DNA from: Candidatus Levyibacteriota bacterium
GTDB lineage: Bacteria > Patescibacteriota > Microgenomatia > Levybacterales > UBA12049
Length of the DNA: 64,000 nt
Reading direction: 5' to 3'
Assembly (NCBI GenBank): GCA_016186645.1
Contig: JACPLF010000006.1
Coordinates: 46,312 to 110,311 of the forward strand
The position numbers and the translations under genes are program-made. Numbering within the stretch: the first letter of the stretch is position 1; each line of letters begins with the position of its first letter. Shown here in pieces: positions 29,684 through 40,106 of this stretch. The notes beneath the pieces were generated by a model. It had not been told where the DNA came from. It saw only the letters and a program-made list of their open reading frames with translations, and did no database searches.

Positions 29684-30528
29684 AGAAGGTCATTTTCCAT
29701 ATAATTTTTAAGAGTTGTCTGCCAAGATGAAGTTAATGGAAATTTTACGCTTTTAATAACTTCATAAGTCGGTCTGGGAGCAGGGAATTGTTCCGCAAAC
29801 TCCTTAGAAGAAACGGGTTCGATAATAGAATTACTCCTAAACTCTTTTTTTATAAAATTTGCTATGTCAAAACGAGAACACATTCCTTTTGAGCCGAAAT
29901 GAAATAAGCCAAATTCTTTTCTGCTAAGTCTTTCTTTAACAAATTCCAAAAGATCTTTTGCGTAGGTGAGCGTTCCAAAGCGGTCATTAACAACCCTTAA
30001 AGTTTCTCCATTCTTGATCTTGTCAAAAATATACGAGATAAATTTCTTCTCTTTTTTTCCTCCCCCGATCATCCATGCGCCTCTGACTATAATATAATCT
30101 TTAATATTTTCTTTTACTATTTCTTCTCCCAATAATTTGGTTTTGGCATATACATTGGCAGGGTGAGGTTGATCCTCCTCTGAATAACCCTCATTGGGTA
30201 AGTTTTTCCCATCAAAAACAGCTGAAGTAGAGATGTATACAAAGGGGATATTGTACTTTTTTGCTATCAAAGTCATATTTTTAGTTCCATCAGCATTTAT
30301 TTTTTTTGCAAGATCTGGATTTTTCTCACATAGATCAACGTTGGTTAAAGCAGCAAGATGAATTACAACTGTTGGTTTAATTTTATCAAAAACTTTCTTA
30401 ATTTGGTTAACATTAGTTATGTCAAGATCCATTCTCCCCATAATAAAAACGGCGCTCTCATTAAAAGCCGCCTTTGCGTAACTTCCGACCGTTCCCATGC
30501 CTCCCGTAACTAGTATTTTACTATTCAA
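29680..30528 (-). CDS. rmlD: dTDP-4-dehydrorhamnose reductase (RmlD-like)
   Basis: ILVTGG.G.VG, LDIT, H.AA.T.VD.CE, IST..VFDG, YAKTK..GE, V.D..G..TY, APRP; TTG start. Confidence 0.75.
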   Translation of the reverse strand: MNSKILVTGGMGTVGSYAKAAFNESAVFIMGRMDLDITNVNQIKKVFDKIKPTVVIHLAALTNVDLCEKNPDLAKKINADGTKNMTLIAKKYNIPFVYISTSAVFDGKNLPNEGYSEEDQPHPANVYAKTKLLGEEIVKENIKDYIIVRGAWMIGGGKKEKKFISYIFDKIKNGETLRVVNDRFGTLTYAKDLLEFVKERLSRKEFGLFHFGSKGMCSRFDIANFIKKEFRSNSIIEPVSSKEFAEQFPAPRPTYEVIKSVKFPLTSSWQTTLKNYMENDLL

Positions 30529-30553
30529 TTTGATACCATCAATTATAGTTTAT

Positions 30554-31957
30554 ATGCCAAAAATTTCAATAGCTTTGATCTTTGGATTTCTTCTTTGGGC
30601 ATATTTTGGCATCTATCAGCTCCCATATTACGTTTGGACTTTTGCTCTTACGCAAAACTGGTTCACAGATAACGGTCTTATTTTATTTAAAGATATTATT
30701 TATCATCATACCCAATTACCTCTATTCGCTCTTTTTGGAATGTCCAAAATTTTGGGTAATACTCCGGACATGATGCGGGCGTCGTCGTTTATACTATTGA
30801 TAGTCTTTAGTTTTGGAATATTGCTTTTGGGGAGAAAAATATCTAAGAAGGTTGGCAACATTTCTTTTGCAATTTTTTTATTAACTTTTTTCACTCTTTT
30901 TCATAACTTTCACATAGAAGAAATGATGGCATCTCTTTTCTGTATATACGCAACATTTTTTTACTTAAAATTCTGGGATAAGCTGTCATCTTGGTGGATT
31001 TTTTTCTCGGGAATCTTTGTTTCACTGGGAATAATGTCCAAGCAATCTGTAGGGCTTATTATTCTAGTTTTTCTTTTGGCATCCGTATGGCAAATACGCA
31101 GAAATAAAAAACTAGTAAAAACTACAATAAAAGGATTTATGTATTTTTTTCTAGGATTATTAATTGCGGCTACTCCTTTCTTTTTTTACTATTTTGTAAA
31201 TCATAGTCTAGGAGATTTTTTCTACTGGAATATTATTTTTAATTTTACTATTTATCCCAAACAAAGTATCCCATATGCTCTTAAGGATGGAATGATTGCT
31301 GCCGGTTGGCTGTTATTTTCAATAATTCCGTCAATTTACTTACTATTCACTAAGTTAATAAATAAAGAACTCAGATTTCCATTAATACTTTTAACTTTAT
31401 GCGCAGTATTTTTGAGCACATCTTTGTTGCCAAGTTTTCTAACTTACAAGGCTTTACCTTTTTATCCGTATCCTTTAATAATATGGGGAATACTTTTAGT
31501 TAACATCGATAAGCGGATACTAAAAATATTTATAGTGACAGGGTTATTGTTGCTATTGCCTGCGATAAAATCTTTCTATGTTGATTACTTACCAACAGAT
31601 GCTTTCAATAATAGATTTATCTTGGACTATGGAGACTCAGAATTAAAAATAGTTGATTGGCTTAAGAAAAATACGATCTATAAAGAAAAAATAATGAACT
31701 TAGGACATCATTACGTTACGACTCTTGCTAGAAGATTGCCTCAAAATAGATATGTATATTTATTCCCATGGTTAGTTTCTCCTTTTGATGTTTCTACAAA
31801 AGAAATATTGAAAAATCCTCCCAAAACAGTAGTTGTCGACTGGAGAACTTTTGATGACTTCCCAGTTCTTCATAAATGGCAGTTCATAGATTATGTAAAG
31901 ACTAATTATAAACTTGTTGCAAAATACGATTCTTACGAAATTTTCTCTAATAAATAA
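30554..31957 (+). CDS. GT-C-like multi-TM glycosyltransferase
   Basis: G...FKDI.YHH, multi-TM, SKQ motif, C-terminal soluble domain; ATG 30554 avoids overlap with the divergent gene; tandem paralog of 31959. Confidence 0.7.
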   Translation: MPKISIALIFGFLLWAYFGIYQLPYYVWTFALTQNWFTDNGLILFKDIIYHHTQLPLFALFGMSKILGNTPDMMRASSFILLIVFSFGILLLGRKISKKVGNISFAIFLLTFFTLFHNFHIEEMMASLFCIYATFFYLKFWDKLSSWWIFFSGIFVSLGIMSKQSVGLIILVFLLASVWQIRRNKKLVKTTIKGFMYFFLGLLIAATPFFFYYFVNHSLGDFFYWNIIFNFTIYPKQSIPYALKDGMIAAGWLLFSIIPSIYLLFTKLINKELRFPLILLTLCAVFLSTSLLPSFLTYKALPFYPYPLIIWGILLVNIDKRILKIFIVTGLLLLLPAIKSFYVDYLPTDAFNNRFILDYGDSELKIVDWLKKNTIYKEKIMNLGHHYVTTLARRLPQNRYVYLFPWLVSPFDVSTKEILKNPPKTVVVDWRTFDDFPVLHKWQFIDYVKTNYKLVAKYDSYEIFSNK

Positions 31958-31958
31958 A

Positions 31959-33389
31959 ATGCGTTTATTTTCTTTCAAGGATTTATTAGTTTTATTTTTA
32001 GGCATCATAGCCATAACTTTGCAGTTATTTTTTCTGCCGTTTCATGTATGGGATGCGGGAGTAGCCCGACCATGGTACATGATGCATGATCTGATTCCTT
32101 ATAAGGATTTTGTTTGGATTAGAATGCCTTTTGATCTATTTCTGCTGGAGACTTGGTATAAAATTTTTGGAGCAAATGGTTTTGCATATCAGCTTTTCAT
32201 ATACGCTTTACTTGTTATTTTAAGTATTGCGGTTTTTGTCTGCGGCCGATTGGTTTTAAAAAAATTTTACTTCCTACCCTTTCTCTTTTTTAATATTTTT
32301 CTTTTTCCACTTTTCCAAAATACGGAGGAGGGGGAAATATTAGTTGGAATTTTCAACATATTATTATTTTTAACCGTATTTTTTTATTTTAAAAAAAGAA
32401 ATATTTGGTATTTATTTATTGCGGGTTTGATTTCCGGACTATCTTTTATAACAAAACAAAACTCTGTTTTGGTTGCAGGCGCTCTTACTGTTACTTTATT
32501 GTTAGATTTTTATCTCCAAAGAGCAAAGTTTATTTTATTAATTAATAGATTAGGCGTTTATTTCTCTGGAATAATAATTCCCATCCTTGGAATCATATTG
32601 TATTTCTCCTTCCATAAAAGTTTGGAGGACTTTTTTTACTATACTTTATTTTTTATCTTGGGAACATATAGTAAAGCTCAAGTTAATCAGGGAAATGGGC
32701 TTTTGATTGTATTCTCATTCCTATCTCTTCTTATCCCATTTGTGTTTGTTGTAAAAAAAGTAGGAGTGAGGCTTCAGTCAGGATTGTTTTTAATACTACA
32801 GATAGTTGCTCTTTTTCCATCTCTTCTCCCATCTTTTCTTTCCTACAGAGCTTTCACAGCTTTTCCTTTAATTTCAATTGTCGCGGGCGTTCTTTTGACA
32901 ACCCTTATTAGAAATAAAATAGGAAAAGTAAGTAAAGTTGCGATTGTCCTCGCATTCGTTTCTTTTTTATTTTTTAATTACACGTTTATTGATTCATATA
33001 TTTCCTCTATTGCAAATGGAGAAATTAAATACGGTCAGTATATAACAAGTTATGGAAAAAAAGAGCTAGAGATAGCAGAATTAATCAGAAAAAATTCCAG
33101 TAAAGATGAAAAAATTATAAGTTATGGTAATGAAATGATTTATGTTTTATCCGATAGATTACCGGCGAATAAATATGTTGATCCTTTTCCTTATTTACTT
33201 CATCCATATGAAGAAACTTCCAAAGTTTTCATAGACAATCCGCCTAAGTTAGTAGTTTATGATGAATCATTGCCTCGCGATCATATCGGATTGGATAAAT
33301 GGCCATTTATTGATTTTTTGCACAAGAATTATGATATATTACAAAGATTCGATAGTGGTTTTGTTTTATATAAATATAAAAAATTATAA
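31959..33389 (+). CDS. GT-C-like multi-TM glycosyltransferase
   Basis: WDAG...PYKDF, TKQN, Y.LS.RLP.NKY, NPP.LVV; ATG 1 nt after upstream TAA. Confidence 0.7.
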   Translation: MRLFSFKDLLVLFLGIIAITLQLFFLPFHVWDAGVARPWYMMHDLIPYKDFVWIRMPFDLFLLETWYKIFGANGFAYQLFIYALLVILSIAVFVCGRLVLKKFYFLPFLFFNIFLFPLFQNTEEGEILVGIFNILLFLTVFFYFKKRNIWYLFIAGLISGLSFITKQNSVLVAGALTVTLLLDFYLQRAKFILLINRLGVYFSGIIIPILGIILYFSFHKSLEDFFYYTLFFILGTYSKAQVNQGNGLLIVFSFLSLLIPFVFVVKKVGVRLQSGLFLILQIVALFPSLLPSFLSYRAFTAFPLISIVAGVLLTTLIRNKIGKVSKVAIVLAFVSFLFFNYTFIDSYISSIANGEIKYGQYITSYGKKELEIAELIRKNSSKDEKIISYGNEMIYVLSDRLPANKYVDPFPYLLHPYEETSKVFIDNPPKLVVYDESLPRDHIGLDKWPFIDFLHKNYDILQRFDSGFVLYKYKKL

Positions 33390-33391
33390 TT

Positions 33392-34675
33392 ATGAAAGTT
33401 GGTATTATTGGAGCTGGGTTTACTGGTCTTTCAGCAGGATACTACTTAACAAAAGAAGGCCATGATGTAACCATTTTTGATAGGGATGGCGTTCCGGGTG
33501 GTCTGGCTATAGGTTTTCAGGAAAAAAATTGGGAATGGAGTTTGGAAAAGCATTATCATCATTGGTTTACAAATGATAGATCTATTTTAAGTTTGGCCAG
33601 AGAGTTAAATTACAAAGTTTTTATAACACGGCCAAAAACTTCAGTGTATGTAGATGGAAAATTTTTCCAATTAGATTCCCCATTGAATGTACTTCAGTTT
33701 CCAAGACTTCCCATTTTCGATCGGATAAGAATGGCATTTGTTTTAGGGCTGATGAGATACAATCCCTTTTGGAAACCTCTGGAAAAAATTCGGGCAGTTG
33801 ATTTTCTTCCAAAGGTAATGGGAAAAAGAGCATATGAGAAGTTATGGGAACCATTGTTTATCAATAAATTTGGAGACCGAAGGCATGATATATCTTTGGC
33901 ATGGTTTTGGGCAAGGGTTCGTAAGAGAACGCCTAGTCTTGCATATCCGCAGGGGGGATTTTTAAAATTTGCAAATCATTTGGCCAACAGGATTAAAAAA
34001 CAAAAAGGGAAAATATTTTTAAATACAGAAGTCATCAGTGTGGAAAGTGATAAAGAGACTAAGATAAATATTAAGAGAAACTTAGAAATAAAATCAATCA
34101 AATTTGACAAGATTCTTGTTACACTTCCTACTTTCTTTTTTTTAAAACTGGCTAAAAATTTGCCAGGTGATTACGTAAAGAGATTAAGTAAATTGGAGGG
34201 GTTTGGGGCAATAAATCTTGTGATGAGATTAGATAGGAAATTTCTTAATGACAATACTTATTGGCTGAATATTTGCGATAAAAATTCACCTGTAATGGCA
34301 GTTGTGGAGCATACCAATTTTATGAATAGTAAATATTATGATCGGGAACACGTAGTTTATGTAGCAAATTATTTCCTGCCCAATGACCCGCATTTTAAAA
34401 TGACGGATAACGAGCTATTAAAAGAGTGCGATCCATATCTTAAGAAAATTAATAGTAAATACAGGGAAAACCTTATTAGCTATAGTGTTTTTAGAACTCC
34501 TTTCGCTCAGCCTCTTATTCCCATGAATTATTCAAAAATGATCCCGCCAATAGAAACTCCTTTGAAAAATGTGTATCTTTCAAATATCCAACAGGTCTAT
34601 CCTTGGGATAGGGGAACAAATTATTCAGTTGAGAATGGAAGAGAGGTTGCTAAGATGATGATGAATTTGGTATGA
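33392..34675 (+). CDS. FAD-dependent oxidoreductase (amine oxidase/protoporphyrinogen oxidase-like fold)
   Basis: IIGAGFTGLSAG, GGLA, LEKHYHH.F, Y..GGF, EHTNF, AQP, YPWDRGTN. Confidence 0.85.
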   Translation: MKVGIIGAGFTGLSAGYYLTKEGHDVTIFDRDGVPGGLAIGFQEKNWEWSLEKHYHHWFTNDRSILSLARELNYKVFITRPKTSVYVDGKFFQLDSPLNVLQFPRLPIFDRIRMAFVLGLMRYNPFWKPLEKIRAVDFLPKVMGKRAYEKLWEPLFINKFGDRRHDISLAWFWARVRKRTPSLAYPQGGFLKFANHLANRIKKQKGKIFLNTEVISVESDKETKINIKRNLEIKSIKFDKILVTLPTFFFLKLAKNLPGDYVKRLSKLEGFGAINLVMRLDRKFLNDNTYWLNICDKNSPVMAVVEHTNFMNSKYYDREHVVYVANYFLPNDPHFKMTDNELLKECDPYLKKINSKYRENLISYSVFRTPFAQPLIPMNYSKMIPPIETPLKNVYLSNIQQVYPWDRGTNYSVENGREVAKMMMNLV

Positions 34676-34684
34676 TTTTTTCTT

Positions 34685-35653
34685 ATGATTCAAAATTTTC
34701 TACTAGACCAATTTAGGATTTTAAGGAATAATTACTTTAGACTAAGACTGAGAGCTTCACATTCACGACTTGCAGAAATTAAAGCTTATCAAAGAAAACA
34801 GTTTGATAAACTATCTATTACTTTCTCAAAAAAATATTACAGGCTTAACAGTCTTGATATTAGCAAATTTACAACTCCTCTTTGGAGAAAATTTAATTCG
34901 CAAATAGAAAAGAGTCTCTTACCTATTCCTTCTTTTTCTTTTTTGAACGACCCGACAGTAATGGTATCTATGTTTGCAACTGCAGGAGGAGGATGGTTAA
35001 AAAAAGAACTAAAATTTCTTCAGGAGAAAATGGACAAAAAAGTATTAAAAAAAGTCTTGGAGGAAGATTATGCAGGAGAGCCGTTGCTTCTCAATTCTTA
35101 TTACCTAACATCTCACACTGTTATTCACCATTTGCATCATCTTATCAAATTTACCGAAAGGACAAAAACAAAATTGGAAAACTTAAATACTATTGTTGAA
35201 TGGGGAGGAGGATATGGAAGTTTAATCAGAATATTAAAAAAAATCAATCAAAAAAAGACAACATATATTTCTATCGATACGCCTCTTTTTGTTTGTCTTC
35301 AGTGGCTTTATTTGAGTACTATTTTCGGAGAAAAAGAAATTAACCTGCTTTTAGGCCCAAAGGATAAAATAAAAAATAATAAGATAAACTTATTGCCTCT
35401 TCCATTCTTGGAAAATCATGAGATTAATGCTGATTTGTTCATTTCAACGTGGGCGCTTTCGGAAAGCTCAAAGTATTCTCAGGATTATGTTCTTAAGAAA
35501 AATTGGTTTAATGCTAAGCATTTACTTTTGGCTTATCAAGATAACCCTTCGGGCTTATTCAATCCATCCCGTATTGGTAAATTAGCAAAAGATAAGGGAG
35601 CAATTATCGAAGACATGGAGTTTCTTCCCGGAAATCACTACGCCTTTCTCTGA
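34685..35653 (+). CDS. Putative sugar O-methyltransferase (NanM-like)
   Basis: IVEWGGGYG.L, DLFISTWALSE motifs; preceded by TGGTATGAT 8 nt before ATG. Confidence 0.7.
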   Translation: MIQNFLLDQFRILRNNYFRLRLRASHSRLAEIKAYQRKQFDKLSITFSKKYYRLNSLDISKFTTPLWRKFNSQIEKSLLPIPSFSFLNDPTVMVSMFATAGGGWLKKELKFLQEKMDKKVLKKVLEEDYAGEPLLLNSYYLTSHTVIHHLHHLIKFTERTKTKLENLNTIVEWGGGYGSLIRILKKINQKKTTYISIDTPLFVCLQWLYLSTIFGEKEINLLLGPKDKIKNNKINLLPLPFLENHEINADLFISTWALSESSKYSQDYVLKKNWFNAKHLLLAYQDNPSGLFNPSRIGKLAKDKGAIIEDMEFLPGNHYAFL

Positions 35654-36636
35654 CTTCTCCTGAATAATTTTTTGGCTTGATTTTCTATAACCGCATAAGC
35701 ATATACCATTATTGTTAGCCATGATATAAAGGGATGCCAGAACCAAGCTATTTTTCCGCTCTTCCTGTATTCTTTTATAGCCTCGAACAATGGACCAATT
35801 ATAGAGAGGTTATACATCACAGCCCAGAAAAAGCTATCTTGCTGCGCGTGGTCAACCCATGTTTTTTGTTTTCTTGCCTTTCTTCCTAAGAATTTACGCC
35901 CAATCTTTACTCTTTTTTTAATATAACTCCAAATGGATGTGCAGTAATAATGATAAATTCCAACGTCTTTAACTTCAGCATAAGATAAATATCCACCAGC
36001 AATAACTCTTGCTATAAAATTGACCTCTTCAAATTTTTGCTCATATCCTCCAACAGAATCAATGACCCCCCTCCTCCACAAAAATCCATTTGCACCAACC
36101 ACAGGAGTATCTCCAAGCTTTGCTCTATAAACTACATATTTGCCTTTATCAATAACTTCCATTTGTGGGTGGAAACGTCTAGCCAAAGGGTCTGCGATTT
36201 TAATTAGAGTTTCATATTGATTAATTGATGGGTCGTCTTTTCTCATAAGCCATGGAGAAGCTACTCCAAAGATTGTCTCGTCTTCCATAAGGGGTAAAAC
36301 CATTGTTTTAAACCACTTCGGGGAACTTAGCTCATTGTCGGCATCAATTAAGGCAACTATTTCTCCCTTTGCACTATGGAGTCCGATGCTCTTTCCCTCA
36401 TCGCAATCTCTAAAAGGATTAAAAAGTATTTTTGTTTTGAAAGCTTTGAATTCTCGCACTATTTCAAGGGTTCTATCTCTGCTTCCTCCGTCAATGACTA
36501 TTACTTCAAGCTTGTCTTTTGGGTAATCCTGCATGGCAATGCTGTTCAAGCAGTTTTCAATGTCTTTTTCTGCTTGATAAGTAGGTAAGATTACGGAGAT
36601 GGTGGGATAATTATCCTTTATTTTGCTTTTATCCAT
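35638..36636 (-). CDS. GT2 family glycosyltransferase
   Basis: ISVILPT, EVIVIDGGS.D.T, IDADN, GANGF; TGTGTTATAAT 6 nt before ATG. Confidence 0.9.
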   Translation of the reverse strand: MDKSKIKDNYPTISVILPTYQAEKDIENCLNSIAMQDYPKDKLEVIVIDGGSRDRTLEIVREFKAFKTKILFNPFRDCDEGKSIGLHSAKGEIVALIDADNELSSPKWFKTMVLPLMEDETIFGVASPWLMRKDDPSINQYETLIKIADPLARRFHPQMEVIDKGKYVVYRAKLGDTPVVGANGFLWRRGVIDSVGGYEQKFEEVNFIARVIAGGYLSYAEVKDVGIYHYYCTSIWSYIKKRVKIGRKFLGRKARKQKTWVDHAQQDSFFWAVMYNLSIIGPLFEAIKEYRKSGKIAWFWHPFISWLTIMVYAYAVIENQAKKLFRRSQRKA

Positions 36637-36655
36637 TTGCTAATTATAACACAAT

Positions 36656-37369
36656 TTAGAGCTTTTTAGCCTTGATGCAGATTCCAAAAGAAAGAAGCTC
36701 AGAAGATCTGGGGAGGATTAAGCTCAAGAGTCTCATAAGAATATATGCCGGAATTACAATAGGGTAAATTAAAAATATGGGGAGAGCTAAAATATTAATC
36801 ATTCTCCATAACACAAGAGGAGTACGAATTATCTCAAGAGTAATAAAATCAAAATAATTTCCATAAGTATAAGTTTTTTCTATTTGGAAGCCATATTTTG
36901 GTAGGTTTTCTTTATAAAAATTTGAAGAAAAACCAGAATAGAAAAAATAAGGAGAATAGTGTGTTAGGGAAGCAAAAGGAGCTGTAAGAATTAAACTGCC
37001 TCCCTTTTTGGTAACACGGGAAAGTTCTTTTAATGCATCGAGAGGTCTTGGTAAATGTTCAAAAACTTCAATACAAAGACTAGAATCAAATTTCCCGGAC
37101 TCAATAGGCATATTTACAATATCCGAAACTATATCTATTTTTGAAAAATCTCTTTTACCTGTTTGTATGCCTTTTTTGTCTCCTTTGCCATCGTATTGGT
37201 TAAAATCCTGGCTGGTATATTTAAGGTGTTGACAGTACTTTTTATACTGGCATTCTCCAGCTCCGGCATCTAAAATTGTTGAGTTTTTAGGAAGCTTAGT
37301 CAGCTCTTTTGCTACCCATTTTTCTCTTTTGCTGTCGCTTTGGGGAATAAATAATGCCAATAAGTTCAT
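36656..37369 (-). CDS. Class I SAM-dependent methyltransferase (type 11)
   Basis: ILDAGAGE, FD..LC.EVFEH.P.P, GG.LILTAPF..L.H..PY. Confidence 0.9.
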   Translation of the reverse strand: MNLLALFIPQSDSKREKWVAKELTKLPKNSTILDAGAGECQYKKYCQHLKYTSQDFNQYDGKGDKKGIQTGKRDFSKIDIVSDIVNMPIESGKFDSSLCIEVFEHLPRPLDALKELSRVTKKGGSLILTAPFASLTHYSPYFFYSGFSSNFYKENLPKYGFQIEKTYTYGNYFDFITLEIIRTPLVLWRMINILALPIFLIYPIVIPAYILMRLLSLILPRSSELLSFGICIKAKKL

Positions 37370-37378
37370 TTCAGATTA

Positions 37379-37413
37379 ATTTTATCATATTTATACACAA
37401 TATAATGTATAAT
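37379..37413. promoter_or_regulatory. Back-to-back divergent -10 boxes for 37369(-) and 37422(+)
   Basis: Minus: TATGATAAAAT 9 nt before ATG; plus: TATAAT(37408-37413) 8 nt before ATG. Confidence 0.65.
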
Positions 37414-37421
37414 TACAGCCT

Positions 37422-38204
37422 ATGGTTAAAAATACTTTATCGGTTGATTTAGAATCTTTTATTCACAGACAACTTAATACTAAAAAAAGAATAGAAAGTG
37501 AAAATGGGGAGACTGCCTTAGCAATTAAATATCTTTTGGATATTTTTGATAAATATAACACAAAAGTAACATTTTTTGTTTTGGGGGAAATTTATGAATG
37601 GTACCCGGATCTTATTGAGGAAATCAAAAAAAGAGGACATGAAATTGGATATCATGGCCACAGGCATATTCTTTTTAGAAATAGAGAGACACTTCTTGAA
37701 GACTTAAAATTATCTAAAAAATTTCTTGATACATATAAGCCTATTGGCTTTCGTGCTCCGAGAATGTTTTTGAAAAAAGAATATTTGAAGATCTTGTCCG
37801 ATTTTGGTTTTAAATATGATTCTTCTGTCTATGGGCAACAAATAGAAGATATAAGGGAATTTGGCATTAAAGAAATTCCTGTTTCTTTATCCAGATATTT
37901 TGGAAACAGCATATTAAATAAATTCCCTCAGGGCATGAGAAAAGAGCTATTGCTTCAGGGAATACCTTATGGATCCGGTTTGTTTATTTCTCTTTTGCAG
38001 AAAAAGATTCAATATTTTATAGAAAAATCCCACAAGAAAAATATTGGCTCTAATCTGTTTATTCATCCATGGCAGCTTAGTGGTTATAAAGAAACGGGTT
38101 CTTTACCTTTGATTCAAAAACTTTCCTATAGAAAAAAGGTGGACAGTGTGATTGAATATTTACTAGGTAGGAATAAATTTTTTCCTTTGAAAGAGCTTGT
38201 ATGA
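37422..38204 (+). CDS. Polysaccharide deacetylase (CE4/NodB family)
   Basis: LSVDLE, TFFVLG, GHEIGYHG..H, GFRAP, YDSS, HPW. Confidence 0.9.
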   Translation: MVKNTLSVDLESFIHRQLNTKKRIESENGETALAIKYLLDIFDKYNTKVTFFVLGEIYEWYPDLIEEIKKRGHEIGYHGHRHILFRNRETLLEDLKLSKKFLDTYKPIGFRAPRMFLKKEYLKILSDFGFKYDSSVYGQQIEDIREFGIKEIPVSLSRYFGNSILNKFPQGMRKELLLQGIPYGSGLFISLLQKKIQYFIEKSHKKNIGSNLFIHPWQLSGYKETGSLPLIQKLSYRKKVDSVIEYLLGRNKFFPLKELV

Positions 38205-39112
38205 AATATTTAGTAACAGGAGGATTAGGATTTATCGGATCAAATCTCGTTGACTATCTTTTGGAAAAAGGACATGAAATTGTAGTTGTAGATGATTTAT
38301 CTACGGGTAAAGAAAGTTACAAAAATCCTAAGGCAACATATTACAATTATTCAATTGCAGATTTGAATTTAATGACTGAATTAACAAAGGGGATGGATGG
38401 AATTTTTCATTTAGCAGCGTGGGCAAGATTACAAAGAAGTATTAATGATCCTCTTGGAACAAATCACGCAAACGTAACCGGAACCTTAACTTTACTTCAG
38501 GCAGCCCGAGTCAATAAGGTAGAAAAATTTATATTTTCTTCGTCTTCTTCTGTATATGGTATGCAGGAAAATCCAATCATGGAGGAAACAATGTCTACAA
38601 ATCCACTTCATCCCTATGCTTTACAGAAGTTGGTGGGGGAAATGTATTGCAGGTTGTACAGCAAGTTATTTGGTATTAAGACTGTTGCTCTTCGATACTT
38701 TAATGTGTATGGTCCTAGACAAATTATTGACGGGGATTACGCACTTGTGATTGGCACGTTCCTGAAGCAAAAAAGAGAAAATAAAAAGATGACAATTTAT
38801 GGTGATGGTAGACAAACAAGAGCATATACGCATGTTGGCGACGTAGTAAGAGCAAATCTTCTAGCTATGGAATTGTCTATGGAAAAAGGAGAGAGTGAAA
38901 TTTTTAACATTGGCACCGATCGGGAAACATCGATAAATGAAATTGCTAAAATGTTGGGTGGAGAAGTCGAACATATTATTCCTAATCCAAGAGGAGAATT
39001 TGAAGAAAGACGTAAGGCAGCCAATTACTCAAAGGCGTTAAAAATTCTTGGATGGAAACCTACAGTTACTATCGAAGAAGGGATTAAGCGGCTTCTTGGT
39101 CAAAAGAGTTAA
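38201..39112 (+). CDS. NAD-dependent UDP-sugar 4-epimerase (WbpP/GalE-like)
   Basis: LVTGGLGFIGS, D.LSTG, SSSSVYG, PYALQK, LRYFNVYGPRQ, GDG.QTR. Confidence 0.9.
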   Translation: MKYLVTGGLGFIGSNLVDYLLEKGHEIVVVDDLSTGKESYKNPKATYYNYSIADLNLMTELTKGMDGIFHLAAWARLQRSINDPLGTNHANVTGTLTLLQAARVNKVEKFIFSSSSSVYGMQENPIMEETMSTNPLHPYALQKLVGEMYCRLYSKLFGIKTVALRYFNVYGPRQIIDGDYALVIGTFLKQKRENKKMTIYGDGRQTRAYTHVGDVVRANLLAMELSMEKGESEIFNIGTDRETSINEIAKMLGGEVEHIIPNPRGEFEERRKAANYSKALKILGWKPTVTIEEGIKRLLGQKS

Positions 39113-40059
39113 ACAATCTCATCTATCAGATAGGTTTCTCTTTTCTGACTGCTGATTGCATCATAGCTTATCATATCCGCTATAAATCCAAACCCCAAAA
39201 ACATAATCCCTAGTAAAATCAATACGACCCCGAGTATTATAGATGGAAGATCTTGATATAAATGACGTCCAAAAAATATCTTTTCATAAGCAAAGAAAAA
39301 ATTTATTAGAAAGCCACTTAGGAAAGATACAATCCCTAAAAAACCAAAAATATGAAAAGGCCTTGTCGAATACTTCATGAAGAATTTTATGGTAAGTAGG
39401 TCAAGAAAGCCTCTGAAAATTCTGGTGTAATTGTAATTTGTTTTTCCATTAGCTCTTTTTCTTATATTGATAGGAACTTCGGTAACCCTAAATCCTTTCC
39501 AAAGAGCAAGAAGGGGTAAGTATCTGTGCATTTCACCATATAGATGTATATTCTCAACAACCCTTCGTGTAAATGCCCTCATTCCGCCTGTTGAGTCATT
39601 TAATTTACTTCCGGTTATAATTCTGACTAAAATATTTGCTAATTTAGATGGGATAGTTTTTCTTATCAAGGAGTCTGAAGAGTTTCTGTTTTTTCTCCAT
39701 CCGCACACCACATGGTACCCTTCATTTATCTTTTTAATCAATGGCAAAATATCTTTTGGATCATGCTGCATATCGGAGTCCATAGTCACAATTATATTCC
39801 CAGCGCAATTTGTGATGCCGGCAGAGATTGCGTTAGATTGTCCGTAATTTGACATTAGCTTTACAATTTTAACTTTTTTATCCTTTGAAGCAATTCTTTT
39901 TAGTAAATTAAAAGACTCATCTTTTGATCCATCGTCTACGAACACTATTTCATAGGAGTCTTTATCCGGCAAAACTTCATTTATTTCGTTGTATAATTTC
40001 TGAATGTTTCCTTCCTCATTAAATATGGGGATGATAACAGATATGCCTACTGGCTTCAT
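39109..40059 (-). CDS. GT2 undecaprenyl-phosphate glycosyltransferase (ArnC/GtrB-like)
   Basis: VDDGS.D, NYGQS.A, MDSDMQHDP, YGEMHRYLP; two C-terminal TMs. Confidence 0.9.
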   Translation of the reverse strand: MKPVGISVIIPIFNEEGNIQKLYNEINEVLPDKDSYEIVFVDDGSKDESFNLLKRIASKDKKVKIVKLMSNYGQSNAISAGITNCAGNIIVTMDSDMQHDPKDILPLIKKINEGYHVVCGWRKNRNSSDSLIRKTIPSKLANILVRIITGSKLNDSTGGMRAFTRRVVENIHLYGEMHRYLPLLALWKGFRVTEVPINIRKRANGKTNYNYTRIFRGFLDLLTIKFFMKYSTRPFHIFGFLGIVSFLSGFLINFFFAYEKIFFGRHLYQDLPSIILGVVLILLGIMFLGFGFIADMISYDAISSQKRETYLIDEIV

Positions 40060-40066
40060 AATGCAT

Positions 40067-40100
40067 ATTTTATCATAAAACTGATCAATTAATGTATAAT
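40067..40100. promoter_or_regulatory. Back-to-back divergent leaderless promoters for 40059(-) and 40107(+)
   Basis: Minus: TATGATAAAAT 7 nt before ATG; plus: TATAAT(40095-40100) 6 nt before ATG 40107. Confidence 0.7.
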
Positions 40101-40106
40101 ATTGTG

